Shown here one piece after another: positions 15,280 through 25,479 of a stretch of 35,577 bases of DNA. Location of the stretch: the IMG/VR virus record IMGVR_UViG_3300027819_000037, positions 1 through 35,577 of that record; one strand, written 5' to 3'. Both the position numbers and the translations under genes were made by a program. The notes beneath the pieces are model-generated. The model was not told where the DNA came from. It was given only the letters and a program-made list of their open reading frames with translations, and searched no databases. Position 1 is the stretch's first letter; each line of letters opens with the position of its first letter. Source of the DNA: a virus. Lineage: Duplodnaviria; Caudoviricetes.

Positions 15280-17985
15280 ATGCGCGAAGTCCCCGCCATC
15301 TACGCCTTCAACCGAGGGATCGTCTCTCCCCTTGGCCTCGCGCGTATCGACCAGAAGCGCATCGCTCTTTCGGCCGAGACGCAGGACGGCTTCATCGCTC
15401 GGGTCCTGGGTTCGATGTCCTTCCGTCCCGGGCTTGCCTACATCGGGGCGACCCTTAGCAATGCCGCAGCGCGCTACCTGAAGTTCATCTTCGCCACCTC
15501 CGACACGGCACTCGTCGAACTGACGGACTCGTATATGCGGGTTTGGATCGCCGATGCCCTCCTTACCCGCGGTTCGGTTTCCACGGCGGTCACGAACGGC
15601 ACCTTCTCGGGCAACATCACCGGCTGGACCGATGGCTCCGACGCTGGCGGGTCGGCTGCCTGGGACACGGGGAACTACCTCGCCCTCACCTCCAACGGCA
15701 CGGCACGGGCGCTCGCCTACCAGCTCGTCACGGTCGCAGCACCCGATCGCGGCAACGAACACGCGCTGCGGATCGTGATTGACCGGGGACCGGTGACCCT
15801 TCGCATCGGCTCGACGCTGGGCGCGGAGGACTACCAGGACGAGACCTACCTCGACCCGGGCTACCATTCGATTGCCTTCACCCCGAGCGCGAATTTCTAC
15901 ATTCAGTTCTCCTCCACTACGGCCTACAAGCAGCGCGTGAAGAGCTGCACGGTCGAAGCTTCGGGTGCGGTGCAGATCCCGGCGCCGTGGCTCGCCGCCG
16001 ACCTGAGTTACCTCCGCTGCGACCAATCCGCCGATGTGATCTTCGTTGCCTGCGACGGCTACCAGCAGAGGAAGATCGAGCGCCGCGGCACGCACCCGGG
16101 CGGCCGGTCCTGGTCGGTATGCACCTACCAGACCGAAGATGGTCCGTTCCTGGTTCGGAACGTGGGTCCGATCACCTTGAGCGCGACCGCTACCACGGGT
16201 GACACGACGGTCACGGCCTCGCAGCCGCTTTTCAAGTCCTCGCAGGTAGGGGCCCTTTTCAGCCTGACCTCCAGTGGCCAGGAGCAGACTGCGACGATCG
16301 CGGCGCAGAACACCTTCACCGCCTCGATCAAGGTGACCGGCATCGGCGATCAGCGTTCTTTCGGGATCACCATCGCCGGAACCCTTCTCGCCTCGACCGT
16401 GACGCTGCAGAGTTCCACCGATGACGCCACCTGGAACGATGCTCCGAACGAGACTTTCACCTCCACCACGACAACCGCGTACTCCGATGGCCTGGACAAT
16501 CAGACCATCTACTACCGCATCGGCATCAAGACGGGGGCCTACGGCGGCGCCGATAGCGCAACCTGCACCCTCATCTTCAACGGGGGAGTACAGACCGGGG
16601 TTGTCAGGATCACGGCCTTCATTTCCAGCACCCAAGTCTCGGCGCAAGTCCTCTCGGCACTGGGAAGCACCTCCGCAACCGACAACTGGGCAGAGGGGAG
16701 CTGGTCGAGCTACATGGGTTACCCGACCTGCGCTCGAATCTACGAGGGGCGGCTCTGGTGGTTCGGGCGAAATGGCATTTGGGGCTCGGTGTCGGACGCC
16801 TACACCTCGTTCGATGCCGACACCCTGGGCGACTCCGCGCCGATCAACCGCACCATCGGTTCGGGGCCGGTAGACGTCATCAACTTCGCCCTTGCCCTGC
16901 AGCGTCTGGTGATTGGTTCCGAGGGGAAGGAAATCTCGATCCGCTCCTCGGCACTGGACACCCCGCTCACGGCGACGGATTTCACGATGAAGGACGCCTC
17001 CACGCAAGGCTCGGCCAAGGTTGAGGCGTGGAAGATCGACCAGCGCGGCATCTATGTGCAGCGGGGCGGGATCCGCGTCTACGAGGTCGGCTTCGACATG
17101 CAGACCTTCGACTACAACTCGACCGATCTCACGCAGATTTGTCCGGAACTGGGCAGTCCGGGGATCGTGCGCGTGGACGTGCAGAGGCAACCCGATACGC
17201 GCATTCACGCCGTCAGGTCCGATGGCACCGTGATGATCGGAACCTACGACAAGAACGAGGACGTGCTCGCCTGGCAGACGTTTCCAAGTACGGGCACCGT
17301 CGAAGATGTCGTCGTCCTGCCGAGCACCTCTGGCTCGACGGAGGATCAGGTCTACTACGTCGTCAACCGGACCGTCAACGGTTCGACTGTGCGCTACCTG
17401 GAGAAGTGGGCCCTGGAAACCGAGTGCAGAGGCGGCACCCTGAGCAAGAACATGGACGCCCACATCACTTTTACGCAAGCCTCCAGCACCACGATCAGCG
17501 GCTTGACGCACTTGATCGGAGAATCGGTCGTGGTTTGGCATGACGGGGCGCCAGAACTGGACGCGAATAACGACCCTAAGACCTTCACCGTGAGCGCCGG
17601 TGGCGCGATCACCGTCGGCACCGCGGCTGTGACCGGCGTCGTCGGTCTAGCCTACACGGCGCAGTGGAAAAGCGCCAAGCTCGGCCTACAGGCTTCCGCG
17701 CTGCAGACCACCCTCACCGAACACAAGCGCATCGTCTCCCTCGGCCTGGTGCTCGACTACTGGTATCCGGGTTGCCTGAAGTACGGGTCAGACTTCACTC
17801 TCATGCGCTCCATGCCCAAGATCGAGGAGGGCACAACGATCTCGGGCACGCAAGGCGCATACGAGTCGCATCCCTACAGTTTCCCGGTCAAGTGGACCGA
17901 AGACCTGCGGCTGTGCCTGCAAGCGCAAAGCCCCTTGCCCGTGACGATCCTTGCGGCGATCCCGGAAATGGAGATACACGCATGA
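15280..17985 (+). CDS. Tail tubular protein B / nozzle (T7 gp12-like)
   Basis: 901 aa; AFNRGIVSP, FRPGL, DQSADVIFVA, GYP....YEGRLW, VLAW, YYVVNR...RYLE and GL.HL.GE.V motifs. Confidence 0.88.
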   Translation: MREVPAIYAFNRGIVSPLGLARIDQKRIALSAETQDGFIARVLGSMSFRPGLAYIGATLSNAAARYLKFIFATSDTALVELTDSYMRVWIADALLTRGSVSTAVTNGTFSGNITGWTDGSDAGGSAAWDTGNYLALTSNGTARALAYQLVTVAAPDRGNEHALRIVIDRGPVTLRIGSTLGAEDYQDETYLDPGYHSIAFTPSANFYIQFSSTTAYKQRVKSCTVEASGAVQIPAPWLAADLSYLRCDQSADVIFVACDGYQQRKIERRGTHPGGRSWSVCTYQTEDGPFLVRNVGPITLSATATTGDTTVTASQPLFKSSQVGALFSLTSSGQEQTATIAAQNTFTASIKVTGIGDQRSFGITIAGTLLASTVTLQSSTDDATWNDAPNETFTSTTTTAYSDGLDNQTIYYRIGIKTGAYGGADSATCTLIFNGGVQTGVVRITAFISSTQVSAQVLSALGSTSATDNWAEGSWSSYMGYPTCARIYEGRLWWFGRNGIWGSVSDAYTSFDADTLGDSAPINRTIGSGPVDVINFALALQRLVIGSEGKEISIRSSALDTPLTATDFTMKDASTQGSAKVEAWKIDQRGIYVQRGGIRVYEVGFDMQTFDYNSTDLTQICPELGSPGIVRVDVQRQPDTRIHAVRSDGTVMIGTYDKNEDVLAWQTFPSTGTVEDVVVLPSTSGSTEDQVYYVVNRTVNGSTVRYLEKWALETECRGGTLSKNMDAHITFTQASSTTISGLTHLIGESVVVWHDGAPELDANNDPKTFTVSAGGAITVGTAAVTGVVGLAYTAQWKSAKLGLQASALQTTLTEHKRIVSLGLVLDYWYPGCLKYGSDFTLMRSMPKIEEGTTISGTQGAYESHPYSFPVKWTEDLRLCLQAQSPLPVTILAAIPEMEIHA

Positions 17986-18326
17986 TCGAGATCGTCCCCG
18001 CCACGCCCGAGATCGTGCGCTCCTTCGGCATGGACACGATGCGTTCGGCGCGGATGCTGGCGGTGATCGACACCGGCCTCGTGCTCGGCATCGCCGGCCT
18101 TTACCCGGACGGCAACCGGCAAGTGGCTTTCATGGAATTGAGTTCGGAGCTGAAACGCCATCCCAGGGCGATTGTGAGGGCGGGGCGCATTTTCATGAAG
18201 TGGGTGCGCGAATCGCGGTTGCCGGTCCACGCTCTATGCGACGAGGAGATCGCGCACGCGGCGAGCCATCTCGAGCACTGGGGCTTCCGGCGCATCTACA
18301 AGGGGATCTACGCATGGCATCCCTAG
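17982..18326 (+). CDS. GNAT-like virion assembly protein (T7 gp13 position)
   Basis: VLGIAGL...HAASHLEHWGF; conserved position after tail tube B. Confidence 0.65.
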   Translation: MIEIVPATPEIVRSFGMDTMRSARMLAVIDTGLVLGIAGLYPDGNRQVAFMELSSELKRHPRAIVRAGRIFMKWVRESRLPVHALCDEEIAHAASHLEHWGFRRIYKGIYAWHP

Positions 18327-18889
18327 CCACTAGCCTAGCACCCGGACTCCTGGCCGGCGGCACGGTCATGTCAGCCACCGGCTACATGGACGCTGCCAAG
18401 GCCACGCAGCTGCAGGCCGAACGGCGCACGCAGGCGGCCCAATTTGCTGCAACGCAACTGGAGCAGCAGGCCGGGCAGGAAACTGCGGCCGGCCAGGCGG
18501 CGGCAGCCGAGCAGTTGAGACAGGGCAAGATCGTCGGCTCGAACATCCTCGCCAGGGTCGCTGCAGGCGGCGGCGGGGCGTCGGATCCCGGCATCGCAAC
18601 CCTCATAGCCCGGAACGCCGGGGAGTCCTCCTACCGGGCCGCCTTGGCGTCCTATCAAGGGCTGGCGGCGGCGAGGCAATCGCGGATCGCGGCCTCGGGC
18701 CAGATTTACGGCGCGCAACTGACGCAAGCCGATGCGGACGCTGCAGCTGCGGCGCTGCGCGGCCGGGCCGCGAGTTCGGTCCTCACGGGCGCCGGGTCCC
18801 TGTTCAACAAGTACTGGTCTGGAACGCCGAATACCGATTTCGGCACGGGGAAGGAATTCGGCAACCTTGACTACGGGAGTTTCTTCTAG
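18314..18889 (+). CDS. Internal virion/ejection protein (T7 gp14-like)
   Basis: Ala/Gln/Gly-rich helical protein; ARVAAGGG motif; position. Confidence 0.7.
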   Translation: MASLATSLAPGLLAGGTVMSATGYMDAAKATQLQAERRTQAAQFAATQLEQQAGQETAAGQAAAAEQLRQGKIVGSNILARVAAGGGGASDPGIATLIARNAGESSYRAALASYQGLAAARQSRIAASGQIYGAQLTQADADAAAAALRGRAASSVLTGAGSLFNKYWSGTPNTDFGTGKEFGNLDYGSFF

Positions 18890-20469
18890 TGCCGCGCTTG
18901 CCTGATCCTTCGGTTGATCTGAGGCCGACTCCAAGGCCGCCCGGGGGTGTCACGGAATTGCCCTCCCGTACCGGGATGGAGATGGTCCCCTCGGAGCAGC
19001 GGCTCGCTGAAGGCCAGCAGTTCTCCCAACTCGGCCAGCAGTTGCAGACCCAACTGGACGAAACCGAGACCGACGCGGCGAATACCGCCTACGACGAGCA
19101 GCGCCGGCAACTCCTCTTCGGTCCCGAGGGCTTCTACAACAAGAAGGGCAAGGACGCCCTGACGGCGATGCAGCCGACTTCCCAAGCGATTGACAAACTT
19201 CGCCAGCAGGTCAGGGGCGGCCTCGCGACGAACGAGCAGAAGCGCCTGTTCGACTACATGAGCCGGCGCTCGACGCAGATGGACCTGCGCAGCATGTCCA
19301 TGCACGCGCTGACCGAGGGCAATCGCTATGCTTTGGACACGAGCAATGCCGCGCTGACCAACGAAGTGAACAACTCCGGTACGTACTGGAACGATCCGCA
19401 ACGCTTTGGCGAGTCCATGGGGAAAATCGCGTCCCTTGTGGAATCGCAACAGCAAATGAAGGGCGAAACCGATCCCGAATCGATCAAGGCGGCAATCACG
19501 AACTGGCAGTCGGAGGCATGGGCGGCACGGATCCATTCCCTGTCCGCGGTGGACCCGCATGCTGCGAGGACGATGCTCGAAAACGTGCCCGACGGGTCCC
19601 TGGACGCAAAGCACAAGGCGCAGATCGACTATCAGCTCCAGTTCCGGGAGCAGACCTTCGATCGGGCAAAGGAAGTCGAAGCCCTGCGCCAGCAACGCCA
19701 GGCCGAGAAGGACCAGAAGAAAGCCATCAGAGGCACGCAGGAGGACATCATCCAGCGCCTGGGTTCGGGCAAGCTCACCGCGGGCGACGTGCTCAATTCC
19801 GACCTTCCCGCAGTGGGGGAAGGCTCGAAACTCACCTTCCTCAATCTCCTGCACACCCGGGCGAACGAAGCCGCGGAGCGGCCGATCAAGACCGTGCCCT
19901 CGGTGATGCTGGACCTCTTCAACCGAACGCACTTGCCCGACGGCGACCCGCGAAAGATCACCGACGAGAACCAGTACAACTCCGCGTACCTCTCCAAGCA
20001 ATTGTCCTTCGACGACCTGCAGAAGCTCCGGGGCGAATACACGCAGATGCGCACGCCCGAGGGCGAGCGCCTGTCGGACGTGAAAAAGCAGTTCCTCGAC
20101 GGCATCCGGCCGCGATTCGATTCCTCGACCATGACCAACATCGACGCCGACGGCAAGGAGCGGATGTACAAGTTCATGTCCTTCGTGAACGATCAGGAGG
20201 CGCAGGCGCGGAAAGCCGGAAAGAATCCCTACGACCTGTACAACCCGAACAGCCCCGACTACCTCGGCAACAAGACCGGCGCCTTTCAGGCCACGCTCGA
20301 CCAGCAGATCCGCAACTTGGCGGGGAGGCTCCAGGCCGGAGCCGCGGCGCGATCGGCGGCCGGGAAGATCACCACGGTTCCGAGAATCGGCACGGATGCG
20401 GACTACGCCGCACTCCCGTCCGGGACTGAATTCCTCGATCCAAATGGCGTTCGCCGGAGGAAACCGTAA
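18889..20469 (+). CDS. Internal virion/ejection protein (middle)
   Basis: MPRLP start, G.YNKKGKDA, helical; C-terminal DYAALPSGTEFLDPNGVRRRKP. Confidence 0.75.
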   Translation: MPRLPDPSVDLRPTPRPPGGVTELPSRTGMEMVPSEQRLAEGQQFSQLGQQLQTQLDETETDAANTAYDEQRRQLLFGPEGFYNKKGKDALTAMQPTSQAIDKLRQQVRGGLATNEQKRLFDYMSRRSTQMDLRSMSMHALTEGNRYALDTSNAALTNEVNNSGTYWNDPQRFGESMGKIASLVESQQQMKGETDPESIKAAITNWQSEAWAARIHSLSAVDPHAARTMLENVPDGSLDAKHKAQIDYQLQFREQTFDRAKEVEALRQQRQAEKDQKKAIRGTQEDIIQRLGSGKLTAGDVLNSDLPAVGEGSKLTFLNLLHTRANEAAERPIKTVPSVMLDLFNRTHLPDGDPRKITDENQYNSAYLSKQLSFDDLQKLRGEYTQMRTPEGERLSDVKKQFLDGIRPRFDSSTMTNIDADGKERMYKFMSFVNDQEAQARKAGKNPYDLYNPNSPDYLGNKTGAFQATLDQQIRNLAGRLQAGAAARSAAGKITTVPRIGTDADYAALPSGTEFLDPNGVRRRKP

Positions 20470-23400
20470 TGCCGGCCTGGGATGCCGCTCCGGTGGTCGG
20501 GGCTACGCCAGCGTGGGCGAGCGCGCCAGCCGTGCAGCCGCCGGAATTCGACCACGCGCCGCTGCAGACCCTTGCCGATTCCATGGCCTCGGAGCACGGC
20601 AAGCCGCAGGAAGGCGCACCGGTGACCTCGGTAGTTGACGCCATCAAGGCAGGGATGGAACATTCCGTCTTCGGGACTATCGCCAGCCGGGGAGTCTCGG
20701 ACAAACAGATCACCGATGCGACAACTTGGTATCAACGAGCCGCGGCGAACACCGCCCAAATGGTGGCGGATATGCCGTTCATGGTTCTTGGAGCCGTTGG
20801 CGGTGGTTCTGTGGGTGGCGCTGTTGGTAGCGCTGTACCTGTCGTAGGGACCGCAACCGGCGCCGTTCTAGGCGCCGGAGCCGGGACATTCGCGCTCCCC
20901 GAGGCCATGAGGTCGACCCTCATGGACTACTACCGCAACGGGCAGGTCAAGGATTGGGGCGATTTCTGGTCGCGGTTCACGAACATCGCCCTGGGGACAG
21001 CCAAGTCTGCGGCTGTCGGGGCGGCTACGATGGGCGTAGGCGGCAAGGTCGCCGAAGTCGTCGGCAAGACTGCCGCGCCTGCCATCGTCAAGACGAGCGC
21101 TCAACTCGCCTCCGAGCTCACGACGATGGTAGGCGTCGGTGCGGCCCTGGACGGTCGCGTGCCGAGTGCTCAGGACTTCGCCGATGCTGCTGTGGTCCTG
21201 GTGGGCGCGAAAGTCGCCATGGGCACGGCCGACGTCATCGCCAAGAAACTCCGTGCGACCTACGCCAAGACCGGTGTAACGCCGCAAGAGGTTGTCCAGG
21301 AGTCCGCGAAAGACCCGACGATTGTTCAGGATTTGGCGGCGAGTAACAAGGAGGTGCCTGACGCGCTGAAGCAGGAAACTCAAGTTCCGCCGGGGAAAGG
21401 TGGCGAGCCGCCTCAGCCGCCAAAGGAGGTGGCGACAGGCGAACTTCCCGAGCGCAGTCCCGCAGAGCAGGCCATTCTCTCGCAAATCCGCGAGGAGGCA
21501 CCGGCGCCGAAGGCCATCACTCTCAGCAAGCTCTACACGGAACTGGTCGACAAGTACAACCCGATCAATCTCGCCGAGAAAGCCGCGGGCGGAAAACAGC
21601 AGTTCCCGGAAGGCGTCGGCCCCTACGAACTGCAACGCCTGACCGCCGGAATCTTCGGCAAAGGGCAGCAGTTCCTCCAATACGGGGCGTTCGACTTCAA
21701 CACGTACAAGACGACCGGGCCGTCGTACCTGAAGGCCCTGGAGCCCGTCAAGGCCGATCTGGACGGTTTTCGCGCCTACATGGCCTCCCGCCGCGCAATC
21801 GAACTGGAAGGGCGCGGTATCGCCTCCGGGATGGACCTGCCGGCGGCAAAGGAAGTCGTCAGTGCAGGCGAAGCGAAGTTCGAACCCGCATTCCAGGCAC
21901 GCCTGAAATACCGGGACACCCTGGTCGACTACGCGCAACAGGCGGGATTGGTGAGCGAGAAAGCGGTCGCCGCCATGCGCGAAGCGAACAAAGCCTATGT
22001 CCCGTTCTATCGCTTCTTCGAGAACGAAGAGCGCCCGATGAGCGGGACGCAGCCGCGCAATCCGATCAAGCGCATCAAGGGAAGCGAGCGGGCGATCCTC
22101 GACCCGATCACCTCCGACATCAAGGACACGTTCCTGTTTCTCTCGCTCGCCGAGAAGAACGCGGCACGTCAGGCGTTCGTCAACATGGGACCGGAATTCG
22201 CCAAGCCGGTAAAGGCGCCGATGCGGCCAATTGGCATCACTGACAGCGAGGTCAGCCGGGCGCTGAAAGACCAGGGGATCGAGACCGAGGCCGAGGGATT
22301 CACCGCCTTTCGCCCGAGCGCCTACAACGTGGGGCCGAACGAGATCGCCGTCTTTCTCGATGGCAAGCGCAAGGTGTTCGAAGTCGACCCCGAGGTCTCC
22401 CGGGCCTTCAGTTCCGTGGATGCGGGTTCTGCGAGCATCCTCTCCTCCATGCTCCGCGGCGCCGCGAGCTGGTTACGCGCCGGGGTGACCCTTTCCCCTG
22501 ATTTCGTGATGCGCAATCCCGTGCGCGATGCCATGTCCGCGTTCGTCTATACCGGGGCGCATCCGATCGACACCATCAAGGGCGCAATCTCCCTATGGAA
22601 GAAGGACGAGGCGTTCCAGAACTGGCTGAAGGGGGGCGGGGCGAACGCCACCATGGTCGCCATCGACCGGGACTATATCCACCAGGAACTGTTCGAGCTA
22701 GGGCAGAAGACGGGCCTCATGGACCGGGCGTGGAATGTCGTTACCTCTCCGGTCGAGGCGCTGCGCATTGCAAGCGAGATGATGGAGAACATCACCCGGA
22801 TCGGCATGCGGCGCGACGCACTCCTGGAGGCGAAGAGCAAGGCGCAGGTTCAGGCGCTTTCGCTCATCGCCCGCGAGGGTACGGTCGACTTCGCGCGCCA
22901 CGGCGCCGATCCGTTTTTCTACCAATGGCAGCGGGCGACGGCTTTCATGAACCCGGCCATCCAGGGCGTGGACGTGATGTTCCGCAAGATGGCCGAGAAC
23001 CCGGCTGGCACGTTCGCCAAGGCGTTCGCTGCGATCACCTTGCCGTCCCTGTACCTGTGGTATGCGAACCACGAGGATCCGCGGTGGAAGGACATCCCGG
23101 ATTGGGAGCGCGATCTCTTCTGGATCGTGATGACACCGGACCACATTTACCGCGTTCCGAAGCCCTTCGAATTGGGCGTCCTATTCGGCAGCTTTCCGGA
23201 GCGCGTGATGGACGCCTACGCCGATCACAAGCCGGATGCGTTCAAGAACTTCGCCAAGACGATGACGAACGTGTTCGGCTTCAACGTGGTTCCGACCGCA
23301 ACGCTGCCCCTGTTCGAGCAGTTGACGAACTACAGTTTCTTCACTGACCGGCCGCTCGTTCCTTCCAGCATGGAAAAGCTGCTGCCGGAATATCAGTACA

Positions 23401-24008
23401 TGCAGTACACGACCGAGGCGACGAAGGCCCTGGGGCAGATCGTCGGGAGTTTCCCGGGCCTGCACGACAGCTCGTTCGCCTCGCCCATCGTGATCGACAA
23501 CTACATCCGCGGCTGGTCCGGCACCATGGGCGGATACGCAATGCAGATTGCCGACGCGGCGTTGCGGAAAACCGGCGTCCTTCCCGATCCCGTGATGCCG
23601 ACGAAAACGCTCTCCGACATTCCCGGCATCCGCGCCTTCGTGGTCCGCTATCCCGCCTCGAACCTGCAATCCATTCAGGACTTCTACGACAAGTACAACC
23701 AGTCGCAGAAGGTCATCGAGACAGTCAAGTACTTGGCGAAGCAGGGCGACGCAGCCGCGGCACTCAAGGAGGCCACGCTCGACCCCTCGCAGATGTACAG
23801 GTTGGAAAGCGTCCACCGCGCCCTGAGTACCGCAGAAAGAACGATCCAGCTCGTCAACAAGAACCAGACCTTTACCCCCGAGGAAAAGCGCCAACTGATC
23901 GACTCGATGTACGGGCAAATGATCCAAATGGCGAGGTCCGGGAACGAAACCATCCAGGCGATCGAGTCCTCCATGAAGGCGAAAAAACTCGCGGAGACAG
24001 TACATTGA
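20469..24008 (+). CDS. Large internal virion/ejection protein with a C-terminal LPD38-like domain
   Basis: 1179 aa; YVPFYR, P.F.MRN..RD, YLW.AN..DP.WKDIPDWERDLFW...RVPKPFELGVLFGS.PER. Confidence 0.8.
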   Translation: MPAWDAAPVVGATPAWASAPAVQPPEFDHAPLQTLADSMASEHGKPQEGAPVTSVVDAIKAGMEHSVFGTIASRGVSDKQITDATTWYQRAAANTAQMVADMPFMVLGAVGGGSVGGAVGSAVPVVGTATGAVLGAGAGTFALPEAMRSTLMDYYRNGQVKDWGDFWSRFTNIALGTAKSAAVGAATMGVGGKVAEVVGKTAAPAIVKTSAQLASELTTMVGVGAALDGRVPSAQDFADAAVVLVGAKVAMGTADVIAKKLRATYAKTGVTPQEVVQESAKDPTIVQDLAASNKEVPDALKQETQVPPGKGGEPPQPPKEVATGELPERSPAEQAILSQIREEAPAPKAITLSKLYTELVDKYNPINLAEKAAGGKQQFPEGVGPYELQRLTAGIFGKGQQFLQYGAFDFNTYKTTGPSYLKALEPVKADLDGFRAYMASRRAIELEGRGIASGMDLPAAKEVVSAGEAKFEPAFQARLKYRDTLVDYAQQAGLVSEKAVAAMREANKAYVPFYRFFENEERPMSGTQPRNPIKRIKGSERAILDPITSDIKDTFLFLSLAEKNAARQAFVNMGPEFAKPVKAPMRPIGITDSEVSRALKDQGIETEAEGFTAFRPSAYNVGPNEIAVFLDGKRKVFEVDPEVSRAFSSVDAGSASILSSMLRGAASWLRAGVTLSPDFVMRNPVRDAMSAFVYTGAHPIDTIKGAISLWKKDEAFQNWLKGGGANATMVAIDRDYIHQELFELGQKTGLMDRAWNVVTSPVEALRIASEMMENITRIGMRRDALLEAKSKAQVQALSLIAREGTVDFARHGADPFFYQWQRATAFMNPAIQGVDVMFRKMAENPAGTFAKAFAAITLPSLYLWYANHEDPRWKDIPDWERDLFWIVMTPDHIYRVPKPFELGVLFGSFPERVMDAYADHKPDAFKNFAKTMTNVFGFNVVPTATLPLFEQLTNYSFFTDRPLVPSSMEKLLPEYQYMQYTTEATKALGQIVGSFPGLHDSSFASPIVIDNYIRGWSGTMGGYAMQIADAALRKTGVLPDPVMPTKTLSDIPGIRAFVVRYPASNLQSIQDFYDKYNQSQKVIETVKYLAKQGDAAAALKEATLDPSQMYRLESVHRALSTAERTIQLVNKNQTFTPEEKRQLIDSMYGQMIQMARSGNETIQAIESSMKAKKLAETVH

Positions 24009-24096
24009 AGAACCGAAGGGCCGCCGGTATCCGAACGGATTTTCCCTCCTCGATCCCGGAGGATGCCGGCGTGCCTGACGGTACAGGAGGCAAGCG

Positions 24097-25479
24097 ATGA
24101 CCAGTCCGTCTACCGACCGGCGCTATGGGCTCAATGCAGACGCCGCTATCAAGGTCCCGGTGCTCTGCGCGACAACCGCGAACATCACGCTGTCCGGGGA
24201 GCAGACCATCGACGGCGTGCTGACGAGCGGGAGCGACGTACTGGTCAAGAACCAATCCGACCAGACCACGAACGGCATCTATACGAGCAGCACCGGTACT
24301 TGGACGAGGCGCATCGACTTCGACGACAACTGGGATGTGGTCGAGGGCACGCAGGTCTTTGTGGTGCCTGGTGGCGGCACGAACGGGGGCACCTACTGGT
24401 ACGTCACTACGACCGACAATCCGATCCAGATCGGCACGAGCAATATCACTTTCGCCCAAGTCGTCACGCTGACCTACAGCGAGCCGACCGAAACCACCGT
24501 TGCCAGTGCGGCGACCGGCGCGGACATCTGGACACCCACCGGCACCATCGACTGGACCGGAACCGCAACCACGACCGCCTTCGCCGCGGCGGCGCACGCC
24601 GGACAGAGGCGGGTGCTCGTCTGCACCGGTGCCTGCTCCTTCACCGCGAGCGCCAACTTCGAGATCACCGGAGTCGGGAGTGGTAGCACGGTGACGGTCA
24701 CGCCTACCGGCATCGTCACTGTCGTCGCCGTCACCACCACGCACGTTCACCTAGATGTCTCCGGCACCACGGTTGCCCCGAGTTCGCTGCTCCTCACCGG
24801 CGGCACGATGACCGGGCCGATCAACGAGACGATGCAGACCGTCATCAGCAGCGCCAGCACCTCGGACATTTGGGGCGCTACCGCGAGTGACGTCATCGAC
24901 TGGACCGGGACCGCCACGACCACGGGATTCCCGGCCGCGCCCGTGGCGGGCGCAAGGCGGCAATTGAAGTGCGCCGCCGCCTGCAAGTTTACCGCCGGGG
25001 CGAATCTGGAAATTCTCGGCGTCGAAAGCGGCGTCACCGTGACGATGAACGCCGGGGCCCGCGTCACCATCCTCGCCAAGTCCACCACCACCTTCCAGCT
25101 CGAGTACAGCCTTTCCGGCACGTTCACGGCGACGATGACCGGATTCGCTTCCCCGCCTACCAAGACCTGGAGCTACACGGTCGTCAACGGCGTGGTCAAC
25201 CTGACGTGCCTCGCGATGACATCCGGCACATCTAACAGCGATGCCATCACTATCACCGGGATCCCGGCGCAGATCACGCCGGCCGCAACCAAGTACTTCA
25301 TGTGCGACTTCGTGCTGGACAACAACACCTTTATCTATACCGCGACCGGCACCCTTGACACCGGCGGGGGCTTCACGATGTACAAGGACCTGCTCGGCAC
25401 CGGATTCACGGCTTCTGGTGTCAAGAACGGCTTCCGATACACGCAGGAAATCACCTACAGGCTGGGTGGTAACTTCTGA
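24097..25479 (+). CDS. Tail fibre protein with an internal duplication
   Basis: AGGAGG RBS; [17 protein letters not shown]....VLVKNQ.....NGIY N-terminal fibre domain; Thr-rich. Confidence 0.8.
   Translation: MTSPSTDRRYGLNADAAIKVPVLCATTANITLSGEQTIDGVLTSGSDVLVKNQSDQTTNGIYTSSTGTWTRRIDFDDNWDVVEGTQVFVVPGGGTNGGTYWYVTTTDNPIQIGTSNITFAQVVTLTYSEPTETTVASAATGADIWTPTGTIDWTGTATTTAFAAAAHAGQRRVLVCTGACSFTASANFEITGVGSGSTVTVTPTGIVTVVAVTTTHVHLDVSGTTVAPSSLLLTGGTMTGPINETMQTVISSASTSDIWGATASDVIDWTGTATTTGFPAAPVAGARRQLKCAAACKFTAGANLEILGVESGVTVTMNAGARVTILAKSTTTFQLEYSLSGTFTATMTGFASPPTKTWSYTVVNGVVNLTCLAMTSGTSNSDAITITGIPAQITPAATKYFMCDFVLDNNTFIYTATGTLDTGGGFTMYKDLLGTGFTASGVKNGFRYTQEITYRLGGNF
24505..25100 (+). repeat. Two diverged ~80 aa copies in fibre 1 (~24505-24750 and ~24850-25100)
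   Basis: DIW...[35 protein letters not shown] occurs twice. Confidence 0.85.

Noticed and set aside
15235-17541. 768 aa minus-strand ORF, and other long antisense ORFs (12655-13794, 18886-20001, 20868-21938)
   Set aside because: Antisense shadows of GC-rich genes; no recognisable motifs; fully overlap well-supported + strand genes.
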